DNA of 64,000 nucleotides. Origin: Cetorhinus maximus (Eukaryota). The notes below the pieces were generated by a model that was not told the DNA's origin, did not search any database, and was given only the letters and a program-made list of their open reading frames with translations. The stretch lies in assembly GCF_964194155.1 (NCBI RefSeq), contig NC_135904.1, positions 30,690,001 through 30,754,000 on the forward strand. The letters run 5' to 3'. The position numbers were made by a program, and so were the translations under genes. How positions within the stretch are numbered: the first letter of the stretch is position 1; the number at the start of each line of letters is the position of its first letter. Positions 50,431-61,925 of this stretch are shown piece after piece.

Positions 50431-51436
50431 TAGAAAGTGCTTGCAAATACATTCAAATGAAAGACAACTTAATAGATAAATGCCATCATGTTATTTTGAA
50501 ATATGTACAACCTTTAATTTTTAATAAATATTTCAGGCATCAAAACTATAAGTTGCAGACAAAGGCAGATGAAAAGGAATAGAAAACATTTTCAGACCTT
50601 TATTGTGCAATGACAGACCAAAACTACAGTGAAACCTGTACAAATCGACAGCCTGAAAAATGGACATCTTCAAAAAATGGGCATGTACATGATAAAATCT
50701 ATAAGAAACGCTCTGATACCACAAACCCTGTTAAATTACTAACTACGAACAGTGTTTAATGCACCAAGTTCTTTTATAACTTCAAACACGGGACACACAA
50801 GTTGACCTGAGGTGGTCGAAGGCTTTATGAGAAGAAACAGCTTTTGTGAAATGGGGAAATTTTTAACAGCATCCATAGTGGAGATAAACCACACCAGCTT
50901 TGGGATTGAATGCTTGCATTCCTCTCCCCCAGGAATAGAGTGGTTTCTCTGTTGCTAATTAAGCTGGGTTAAGAAATCCCCTTCCACAAAACGCACTGCT
51001 GCCTTATGCTCTTGCATGCACTGACCTCACCAGCCTCCCAAATCAAGGAAAGGCATTGCGAGCAGCGAAGGAACTGCCCTTTTCTAACCCAGCTCTGTTT
51101 TTTACCATATAATCGCAGATGTGTGCCACACAACGCAAATTTTTAAGTGAACTTAGCCTATTACAATGCCACCTACAGGAGTAACAGATACTGCAAGTAT
51201 TATAATGAATTTTCAACATTGATCCATCCATCTGCCAAACCAAATTCAATACATAAAAGATACTTCCAGTATGAGGGCCTGGTTTCTTAGTGATAGTCCC
51301 AACTGGTCCCTTTTGCATAGCAGTTGTGGATATTATGCCCTTTCTGACAACTCAAGGCCATCCTGTTTCCTCTTTTGCACCGTTGTTTTCTATATTTCTT
51401 CACCTTGTATTTGTGGTACTCCACCTCTAGTTTCGT

Positions 51437-51618
51437 TGCTGAAAAGAGAGACATGTTGTCAAAGCTTTTCGTCTTGCATTCAACAGGACAAACACAAGAA
51501 TGCCAAATTTCAAACAATCACAACAGGTTCTACTACAGGAGAAAAGGCTGCTGATTGGGTTGCGTTAGGCCTGATGAGTGTAAGACGAGAAACTTCAGCA
51601 ACATGTCTCTCTTTTCAG
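51437..51618. mobile_element. Inverted pair of a second hammerhead-bearing, probably Penelope-derived family
   Basis: 51439-51487 is an inverted copy of 51570-51618. The minus copy reads UUGUC-CUGUUGA-AUGCAAGAC-GAAA-AGCUUU-GACAA; the plus copy keeps CUGAUGA. Confidence 0.65.
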
Positions 51619-51659
51619 TCATATTCATGTTCTGTATTACCAAGGGACTGTTTAGTTTG

Positions 51660-51897
51660 AAACAAAAACAAAAATTGCTGGAAAAGCTCAGCAGGCCTGA
51701 CAGCATCTGTGGAGAGAAAGATAGAGTTAACGTTTTGAGTCCGTCTGACTCTTCATCAGTTCTGAAGAAGAGTCATACAGACTCGAAACGTTAACTCTGT
51801 CTTTCTCTCCACAGATGCTGTCAGGCCTGCTGAGCTTTTCCAGCGATTTTTATTTTTGTTTCAGATTTCCAGCATCCGCAGTATTTTGCTTTTATCT
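51660..51897. mobile_element. Palindromic head-to-head hammerhead element with a 14-bp TSD
   Basis: Arms of about 100 bp centred at 51760/51761; direct repeat gactgtttagtttg at 51646-51659 and 51898-51911. Confidence 0.85.
51758..51796 (+). ncRNA. Minimal type I hammerhead ribozyme motif with canonical core
   Basis: AGUU-CUGAAGA-A-GAGUC-AUACA-GACUC-GAAA-C-GUU-AACU; 4-bp stem I, 5-bp stem II. Confidence 0.75.
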
Positions 51898-54029
51898 GAC
51901 TGTTTAGTTTGGTTGCTGTACCTTCATGTTGATGTAGCTGTCTCTATTTCTTCATCCTGCTTCTGTTGCTCATCTTTGTTTCGGTGTCGTTGCTTTCCTT
52001 TTTTTATTGCTCATACCTGCCATACCCCTTCGTTATCACTGACTTATACATTTCTAGTACTGGCTTTTTGCCTTTGCCAGATTCACATTCCTAACTTTAT
52101 GTACTTCTTGCAGATTAGTTGCTCATTGTAATTGCCACTTGCTACTGAATATTTATTTTAATTCAACTTTGAACCACTTGCTTGATTTGAATATCACACC
52201 TAAGCTGTTAATACAGTTTGAGCTCTGTCTCAATGCTTTTATAATGCCTGCGGGTAGATGACAGCTTCTGTGAGTGCCTTAGCTTTGTTATAAATAGCTA
52301 ACTGAGAAAGTCAAAATATTTTGTGCAGCTTCGGAAACCAGTGTGAAGAGGCGTGAAGTTACTGGAACTCGCTGGAAATTGAATCTTTGGTGTCGCCTGC
52401 ATAAATCTAGCAAATGGTGGATGCCAGTGGGGTGCCCCAATTCAGCTTGTCGCTTGGGGCTGTATGAAAATTGACCACTTCCAACACTGAGCCATCATGC
52501 AGGTAGATCCAGGAAAAGGATTGTAGGGAAGGAAGAGGCAAACTTGTGGGTGATGAGCCCACAGAAGACATTGGTCTGCAGTATTGTTTAGGGCCAGGAG
52601 AAGCACTGCAGCTCCTCCCAGCTCCATGTAAATACAAGCATAACAACTTTAACTTACCTCTTCATTGACAGCCTCCTTTAACAACCACTGGTTAGGCTAT
52701 TGCAGACCTGGTGAACTTAAACAGCCATGATAATCTGAGTGCTACATGGAATGACATCTATATTTTTAATACAGCAGTGTACCTTCTGATGACACCAAAG
52801 GCAATTGTGTGCATTTCCTCTCCATTGTGTCACACTCCAAGCATCATTACCTTGAGTTTCTTCTGCATTTACATCCAGACACAGCCGCAATCTAGGTGCC
52901 AACAAATTAACTGGCTCAAAAGATCGGTGAATTTAGGGCATGATTAACCTGTGGAACTTTACTGTGCCCAAGTGTCCTTGATCTTTGCTGTCCGTCCATC
53001 AAATCATCCATCTGATCAAGTGCCCGCACACAAAACTAGCTATACCTCCAACTCTCAAAGACAAGGATCCTCCCATTGTATTTGTTTGAGAATCATTCAA
53101 GATTATGACCAAATTTTCAGTTGCAAAAGGAAATAACATAATTTTCCAATTGTTTTAATTGTGATTTTTGACCATTTAACAAATATCCACACTGACAGCA
53201 GCTCTATATTTTCTGTTTCTTGTAATGCATTTTATGGCAATAGTACAAGTCATATTAAAAATTGGAAAGCTCTCCTGATTGAAGGCTGTTTAACATGCTA
53301 TGCCTGATGGGCATGAAGAATTGTTATATGAGTTGAAACTTAAATTTTAAGACTTAAAGAAGAAATATACTGGTGTCTGCCCAGATGGTTTATGTTGATT
53401 TATGCGCATTTGTACCAATAGAAGTGCATATATTCTAAGAAGATTTTGGGACACTTGGATATAACTTGACATTTGCATTATGGATGCAACATTGGGCACA
53501 TTTTCAGGTCTAATTCTGGGTTACCTACAAGGGGCAATTCCGCAGCCTGTTAATTTTGTTGGCTCACAATTCAGCATTGTGCTTTCTGACTCAAATTTCA
53601 TGTACATCCAAAAATCAGATCTGACTAGGAAGGGAAAATACAAATCAAGGGAATTAATGGTGCATCAATCCAACAAATTAACTATGAACTGCGAGGAAAA
53701 TCTACTAAGAAAACAATGCTAAAAAAATCTGAACTTTATTTGAGCTCAAATTCTAAATTTTCTCCCTGGTCATAACTTACAGATAATATTACAGCTTAGT
53801 TTATACATTAGTAAACTCAAAAAATAAAATAGTGACTAAAATTCTCTTACTTTTATACTTCCCCATAATAGATAGAATACTTCCTCCTAAACCTTCTTAA
53901 CTAGCTATTGCGTGCATCTAACCATTTCCTGGATCCTTTATCATTTATTATGTGCTACCTCCCATTGTATTGTTTCTTGCTGAAGGAAATCCTAGTCATG
54001 GACAGGCACATATACCACCAAGAAGCTTT

Positions 54030-54195
54030 GTGTTTATTCATTCATGGGATGTGGGTGTCACTGGCTGGGCCAGCATTTATTGCCCATCCCTCATTACCCT
54101 TGAGAAGGTGGGGGTGAGCCGCATTCTTCAACCACTGCAGCCCATGTGCTGTAGGTACACCCACAGTGCTATTAGGGAGGGAGTTCCAGGATTTT
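54030..54195 (-). mobile_element. LINE-B 3' tail fragment
   Basis: ctgggccagcatttattgcccatccc...cttgagaaggtg is the reverse complement of the tail. Confidence 0.75.
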
Positions 54196-54954
54196 GCGTA
54201 CGTGCTTTATAATGCTGCTTGTACAGGAAACCCTAGAACCCTGACTTCTGAATTTTTCGAAATATAGTCGATTTTCTTCACACTACTTCCAATGGTTTGG
54301 TTCCCTGCTGGAAGTTTTCCTTTCATAGCCATTTACCTTCCTGCTACTTTACCTACTCACCTATCCAGATTTCCTCATCGCCAGTCACCTGGTTATTGAT
54401 TTGACTTCACCTCTTCATTCCTACCCAACCTGTGTTAATTCTGCTTCTGCCATATTATCTTGAGTCCATCTGATACATGAATAATGCCATGGGAGGACCA
54501 GGTTATATAAAATATACATAACCCTTAAATGAATCTACCACAAGAACAGTCGTGCACTGAAATTCAAGCACACTCTCAGAGCACAAATTTACATTCTCCT
54601 CTCGTGCTGTATTGAAAAGAATTGATGGGATGGTCATTTCAATAGAAAATAGCTGGTCTTCAGCACCATTTTCCCAAAGTTTTCATTAAAAAAATAACAA
54701 AAAGCTGTCAGAATGTTTTAAGATGATTTATGAAGTCAATCTTTTACAGAATTCCTTTATTTTAGCATTTTCAGCAAACATGAAAGGAAAGGAACTTAAT
54801 CTCGTGTTTTATTGTAGTGAGTGACAAAACAACAAGAATTCTTTGCTGACCTCAAAGAAAGCCCAGAAAGACCGATGCGGCATGGATTTCCCTTTTCCCA
54901 ACATTAGGTTGAATCTGGTGCCGAGTCAAAGGAATCTCCAGGTGTCCGGAAACA

Positions 54955-55330
54955 CTGATGACCTGATAGAGGCCCTTAAAATGATGGAAGGTTTTGACAG
55001 AGTGGATACAGAGAGAATGTTTCCTCTTGTGGGGAAGAGCATCACTCGCGGCCATTAGTACAAGGTAGTCACCAAGAAACCCAATAGGGAATTCAGAAGA
55101 AACTTTTTACCTCAAGCATGGTGAGAATGTGGAATTCACTGCCACAAGGATTGTTTGAAATGTGTAGTATAGATGTATTTAAAAGGAAGCTAGACAAGAA
55201 GGGAATAAATAACAACGATGGTTGAATTAGATGAAAAAAAGATGGGTGGAGACATGAGTGGAGTATAAACACTGGCATGGACTGGTTGGGCTAAATGGCC
55301 TGTTCCTGTGTGTATATTCTGTGTATATAT
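54955..55330 (+). mobile_element. CR1 3' fragment
   Basis: DLIEALKMMEGFDRVDTERMFPLVG and a 3' end gggctaaatggcctgtt. Confidence 0.8.
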
Positions 55331-56549
55331 TCCTATGATGTCATCAAACTGTTTGCAGCCAATCACACTCATTCTCACAGACAGCCAACCAAGAAATAAA
55401 AACCACTGGTTTTTTAAAGTTTATAATTCAAATTTTACAGAAAACAGAATAAATGATTGGGATATACATATAGGTTAGATACAAGCTAAGATATCTTAAA
55501 TAAATGTGAAAAAATTTAAAAAGTGATTTTTTTTCTATCATAATGGAAAAAATTGGCATTTCACAAATCCAAAATTCCTCTTTCAGAACTGGTAATGTTG
55601 ATCAACATTTATTATGAACTTAGTACACTGCTAAAAAGCCAGTTACACCACACTCAACAAGGCGTATCTATTTTACGGGATTTTACTGCAAGACTAAAGG
55701 GGTAAAAGGGGTGGTTTTCAGCAGTTCCTGGGTGTACTTCAGCAGTGCTTCCTATGGAGAAGTGTAGATTCGCTGACAGCAGCTCCTGAATCTCCATGTT
55801 TAACTGCAAATGTCTGGACTCCAGGAGTTACTGTGAGCTTCAGAAGAGTAATGACAGCAAACAGTGACAGTTTTAGCATAATTACCAAAAAATGCAGACC
55901 ATGAACACCGGGTCTAGGAAATAGAATAAACATTTGGCCTACTCACTGTACTAAAAACACTTATTGTAGAGAACCTAACGGGGAAAGGATTACAAACTGT
56001 AACCTCATCTTTACGTGTCAACTGCGTGTTGCAAAAGCACAGGCCAAAGTTGTATTATAGTATAAGAATATAACCAGGTCCCCTTTAACTTCAGAGTGCT
56101 TTTGAGGATCAGGAGAAATGCACCACGTGGAAGGTTGTCGGGGGGTCACACTAGGACTTGTGCTATTCCCTGAGGCTGCAGAGCCTGTTCTCTGAAGTAA
56201 TCAGAGCCTAGGAACCATGTTGTCTGATTTGCATGTTGTTTAATATGTATGGAAATCAAAATCAGTCACTGCAATTGACCGCCTGGCTAACAGTCCTTAA
56301 GACGGTAATGCCTATGAAGCCTGCTAACTGTGGCTGCTGGAGTTATACTGCAAAACAACATCAATCTGAGACAACCCTCCCCCACCCTGACATTGTGTCA
56401 ATAGGTATAGCACAAGTATCATTGAGTTACGCTTTTAAGGTGAGCATTGTGAAAATCTTATTTTAGTGCTGATGTCGGGTGCAAAATTGTGACAGTATAA
56501 GAACCATACTGCACATGCCTTTGGAACAGGCCAAGGTTTCCAAAGAACT

Positions 56550-56635
56550 TGGACTCGAAACATTAACTTCTTTTTTTCTCTCTCCACAGACGCTGACAGG
56601 CCTGCTGAGTTTTTCCAGCACTTTCTGTTTTTATT
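56550..56635 (+). mobile_element. Penelope-derived hammerhead element truncated in stem II
   Basis: ggactcgaaacattaac...ggcctgctgagtttttccagc. Confidence 0.7.
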
Positions 56636-56864
56636 CGTGTCCTCATCGGACTGTCCCTGCTTACCCCGTTCTCAATCAGGGGTTCTGAGGCCAAATGTAA
56701 CACCCTCACTGAAGTCACCAAATCTATCACAGACTGAGGCCCAGATTTTGATTCTCGGGTCGGGTGCGCGTAGATGGGAAAATTCCTGGCCCTGTGGAAC
56801 CCGGCCGTTAAAAATCACCACCCGCAGGAATGAGTCAGCAAATGGCTGTCGCTGATTTTGTTTA

Positions 56865-57220
56865 GCTGAAACATGCACAAATTAGGTACATGTTCTTTCT
56901 GTCAGCAGAGAACAGGGTCCTGTGTATTAATATATGTAGCTTCCAGTACACGCAAATGTGCCACATTGTGAGCCAGACTGACAATCTTAAATTGGCTGTC
57001 AGCGTAATTTTTAGCACACTGAGGATTATTTAGCAATCGTGAAATCATATCCAATGTTGGACACTGAGTTTTGAGTTTTAAAAGCACGGGCTGGTTGGGT
57101 TTGGTCTGTACCTTGCCCGTTGTGAACAGTGGCTGAGACATGCTGTTTGATATGATCCGCCAGTCTTTGGGACGTACAGCCTACATACCTAGCTTCACAC
57201 TGGCACTGAAATTCATATAC
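56865..57220 (-). mobile_element. Second Penelope-like family, GIY-YIG fragment
   Basis: VYEFQCQCEARYVGCTSQRLADHIKQH...HLRVLEATYINTQDPVLC. Confidence 0.8.
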
Positions 57221-58149
57221 TTTTGCTGAAAACTTATCTGATATATTTGCTTCAAGGCGTCGCTTTACTCAGCGCTAGCCTTTCACAATGACTGGCCCTT
57301 GCGTTGTCTGATTTCATGGCGGTTTTAGTTCTCGGTGATTTTTCACCGTACACTTGCCTTCTCGAACTTGCTGAGTTGCCAGCACAGCGTGTGACCAGTG
57401 CGACATTGGGGAAAAGCCATTGCAGGCGTAAAATGGCTCTTTGTTTGCATTTTAATTACCTTAATTGGCTGCACCTTCGGCCCATGATGGTTCCTGACTT
57501 CACTGCCAAACCACCCCTGGGAACGCTGGAGGGAGGCTGGAAGACCTCGGGATACCAGCCCAATGGCATTTTTTGCAATTTTTCCACCCCCCTCCCCACT
57601 TTCCATGCTCCCTCCATCACTGGCCTGGAAAAATTCCATCCATTGTCTGTTTGCGTTGTGAGATATATGGAATCAAACAATAATTATGTGCTCTCACTTC
57701 AGGTCCCTGTTAATGGTACAGGGGGTTATAGAGAGGCAGGGTACATGCAAGCATCACTGAGCAGCCCTGTTGGTTTTAAAGGGAACTGAGGCTTCAGACT
57801 AGCTGGGGGCTAATAAGAGTGTTCCAGCCCTCGTAAAATCACTACCAGGTGAGTACGATGCAGAAGCAAAATAAGATAGTCTGAAATGCCACTTCCATTA
57901 AGATCAGTAAAATCATTAGGGGATGTTTGCCGATTAGGTTGAGATCAAAAGCACAAGGACTCCATGGTGATTGAAAATACGTTGTTCAGGTCCAAGTATC
58001 TTCTGAATAAGGAAAGACCGTGTAAAACGTTTAAGGGCTTTTTAAAAATCACATTGCACAAAAAAATCCCAACCTATTCCTTGTTCTTTAAATGTTTTAT
58101 TTCATCTTGCTAAAAAAAAATATATTGGATTACCACATGAAGACAAACC

Positions 58150-61100
58150 ATGTCAATGGTAACCCCCAGGATGTTGATAGTGAGGGATTCAGTGATGGTA
58201 ATGCCACTGAACATCAAGGGGCAGTGGTTGATTCTCACTTGTTGGAGATGGTCTTTGCTGGGCACTAGTGTGGCGTGAATGTTACTTGCCACTTGTCAGC
58301 CCAAGCCTGGATGTTGTCCAGATCTTGCTGCATTTGGACATGGACTGCTTCAGTATCTGAGGAGTCGCAAATGGTGCTGAACATTGTGCAACCATCAGAG
58401 AACATCCCCACTTCTGACCTTATGATGGAAAGAAGGTCTTTGATGAAGCAGTTGAAGATGGTTGGGCCAAGGACACTACCCTGAGGAACTCCTGCAGTGT
58501 TGTCCTGGAATTGAGATGATTGACTTCCAACAACCATAACCATCTTCCTTTGTGCTAAGTATGACTCTAACTAGCGAAGAATTTCCCCCTGATTCCCATT
58601 GACTCCAGTTTTGCTATGGCTCCTTGATGCCACACCCAGTCAAATGTGGCCTTGATGTCAAGGACAGTCACTCTAATTTCACCTCTGGAGCTCAGCTCTT
58701 TTGTCCATATTTGAACCAAGGCTGTAATGAGGTCAGGAGCTAAGTTGACCTGGCAGAACCCAAACTTAGGGTGAGTGAACAGGTAATTGCTAAGCAAGTG
58801 CCACTTGATGGATGGACCCTTCCATCACTTTACTGGTGATCGAGAGTATACTGATGTGGCGGTAATTGGCTGGGTTGAATTTGTCCTGTTTTTGTATACA
58901 AGAGATACCTGGGCAATTTTCCACATTGCCGGGTAGATGCCAGTGTTGTAGCTGTACTGGAACAGCTTGGCTAGGGGCACGGCAAGTTCTGGAGCACAAG
59001 TTTTCAGTACTATTGCCGGAATATTGTCAGGACCCATAGCCTTTGCAGTATCCAGTGCCTTCAGCTGTTTCTTGATATCACATGGAGTGAATCGAAATGG
59101 CTGAAGACTGGAATCTGTGATGCTGGGGACCTCCAGATGAGGCCGAGATGGATCATCCACTCAGCATTTCTGGCTGAAGATTGTTGCAAATACTTCAACC
59201 TTATCTTTTGCACTGATGTGCTGGGCTCCCCCATCATTGAGGATAGGGATATTTGTGGAGCCTCCTCCTCCAGTGAGTTGTTTAATTGTTCACCACCATT
59301 CACAACTGGTTGTGGCAGGACTACAGAGCTTAGATATGATCCGTTGGTTATGGAATTGCTTAGCTCTGTCTATTGCTTGCTGCTAATGCTGTTTGACATG
59401 GAAGTAGTCTGTGTTGTAGCTTCACCAGGTTGACACCTCATTTTTAGTGCTGCTGCTGGTATGCCCTCTTGCACTCTTCATTGAACCACGGTTGACCCCT
59501 TGGCTTGGTGGTAATGGTAGAACGGGGGATATGCTGGGCCATGAGCTTACAGATTGTGGTTGAGTACAATCTGCTGCTGCTGATGGCCCACAACGCCTCA
59601 TTGTTGCCCAGTCTTGAGTTGCTAGATCTGTTCCAAATCTATAACATTTAGCATGGCAGTAGTGCCACACAACATGATGGAGGATCTCTTGAATCTGAAG
59701 ATGGGACTTTGTCTAAACAAGGATTGTGTGGTGGTCACCCCTACCGATACTGTCATAGCATCTGCGGCAGGCAGGTTAGTGAGGATAAGGTCAAGTATGT
59801 TTTTCCCTCTTGTAGGTTTCCTTACCATCTGCCACAGACCCAGTCTAGCAGCTATGTCCTTTAAGACTTGGCCAGCTCGGCCTGCACTGATGCCACCCAG
59901 CCAGTCTTGGTGAAGGACATTGAAGCCCCCCACCCCACCCCCTCCCACCCAGAGTACATTCTGTGCCCTTGCAACCCTCAGTGCTTCCTCCAAGGGATGT
60001 TCAACATGGTGGAGTACTGATTCATCAGCTGAGGGGGATGGAGGGGATGGAGTTGGTGGCGATACGTGGTAATCAGCAGGAGGTTTCCTTGCCTATGTTT
60101 GACCTGATGCCATGAGACTTCATGCAATCTAGAGTTGATGCTGAGGACTCCCAGGGCAACTCCCTCCCGACTGTATATCACTGTGCCACCACCTCTGCTG
60201 GGTCTGTCCTGCTGGAATGGTGATGGTGGTGTCTAGGACGTTATCTGTAAGGCACAATTCCGTTAGTGTGACTATATCAGGCTGTTGCTTGACTAGTCTG
60301 TGAGATAGTTCTCCCAATGTTTGCACAAGCCCCCAGATGTTAGTAAGGAGGGCTTTGCAGGGTCGACAGGGCTGAATTTGCCATTGTCGTTTCCAGTGCC
60401 TATGTCGATCCCAGGTGGTCCATCTGGTTTCATTCCTTTTTACTGACCTTTTAGCGGCTTGATACAACTGAGTGGCTTGCTAGGCTAATTCAGAGGGCAT
60501 TTAGGAGTATCATGACTGATGCAGTTGGTAAAGCGGAGTTATTTAAAAATCCCAGAGGGAAACTTGAAACAACAGTCATAACCCATAATTTTTAGTGTTA
60601 TGTTTGAGATGTGACTCATCCAGGAATCAGACCATCAGTTCTTGAGGTTTTACATTAAACTAATTGAAACATTTTATTAATTTACACAGGTTAAAAATAT
60701 ATATACACATGGCTACAAATTACTACTATCATAACTTTTAACAAATTCCCAAACTAATCTCCATTAAGGCAACAGCAACATAGACTTTAATCAAACACCA
60801 GGCAAAATATTTTCACCTTATGAATTCAGAATGAGGTTCTTTTCACTGTGGAGCCAGTTGGAGGCTTGCAGCTGCCTTTTGATCTTACATTGCCTCTGCC
60901 CTGCATACCCAAAAACTACTGAAGTTATACCTACCACCACTGATTGAATTTGAATTCTCTTTGTCTCCCCAGCCTCTTTGAATTTCACCTTTTAAAAATG
61001 AAACCACTTTCATAATACCAATTTTATTAGTAATATAAACATATTGCTTGGTAGCTGCTATAAAGGCGTTAGTTTTCACCCCACTGCTTGACTGCTCTAT

Positions 61101-61340
61101 TCAAAAATTGCCAATGCATGCTATCTCTCTTACATATCAAAACTAGAGCACATCAAAGCACCGAGGCTAGCTGGCTTTAATCCAATTAGGACAAACCCGC
61201 AGACTAAACCTCTATTTTAAAAGAAAAATATTTTCCAAAATATTATACACATTAATAGCTTCATGACAGAAGTCAACCACATTGCTGTGGGTCTGGATTA
61301 CTAGTCCAGTGATATTACCACTATGCCAACATCTCCCCCT
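58150..61340 (-). mobile_element. Long LINE-B copy retaining the 5' region (head, APE endonuclease, RT), interrupted by a solo LTR
   Basis: LLTNIWGL...QPDIVTLTE, KPTRGKNILDLILTN, KAMGPDNIP and GVPQGSVLGP. Flanks at 60507 and 61269 are continuous. Confidence 0.85.
60508..61268 (-). mobile_element. Solo LTR (761 bp)
   Basis: Minus strand starts TGTCATGA and ends TCATGATA (inverted termini, CA mutated to TA); ggag/gaag 4-bp imperfect TSD; AATAAA on minus. Confidence 0.7.
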
Positions 61341-61579
61341 GAGAGGGGAAACAGAAATTTGATGAATGGATGAGGATATACATTCACGATGGGACTCACT
61401 GACTGATTATTTTAAAGCATTGGAATAGTTTTTAATACATGTTAATTAAAGTTAGACCTCTGAAATAGGATCATTTTTTCCTTTATATTAATATTAATTT
61501 ACATGTAATTTTTGAATGAATAAAATTAATTTCCATATGGACAATGAAGTGAAATTGAATTGAATTAACTTGCCAAACT

Positions 61580-61925
61580 TGACTATTCCAATGCTGCCTT
61601 GGCCAGCCTGTTGTCTTCCACCATCCATAAACTTGATCTCATCCAACACTTTCCTGTTTGTATCTTAACCCACACCAAGTCCTTGCCATCCATTATCCCT
61701 GTGTTCCCAGTCCACCTCTGTAACTTCACCCTACCTATCTCTCTAACATTTCTTAGCCCTACCTTTTTCTGAGAATTCTGCATTCCTCCAATTCTGGCCT
61801 CTTGCATATCCCCCATTCCCTTTGCCCCACTATTGATGGCCATGTCTTCAGCCATCTAAGCCCTAAGGTATGGAATTCCCTGTCTAAACATCTCCTCCTC
61901 TCTGCATCTCTCTCCTCCTTTAAAA
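61580..61925 (+). mobile_element. L2-type LINE 3' fragment
   Basis: cttgactattccaatgct...cataaacttgatctcatccaa...ccatcc.ttatccctgtg...tggaattccctg...tcctttaaaac, typical of L2 3' ends. Confidence 0.6.

Noticed and set aside
52400-53140. Cluster of short ORFs on both strands
   Set aside because: No recognisable motifs; probably old repeat debris that I cannot classify by eye.
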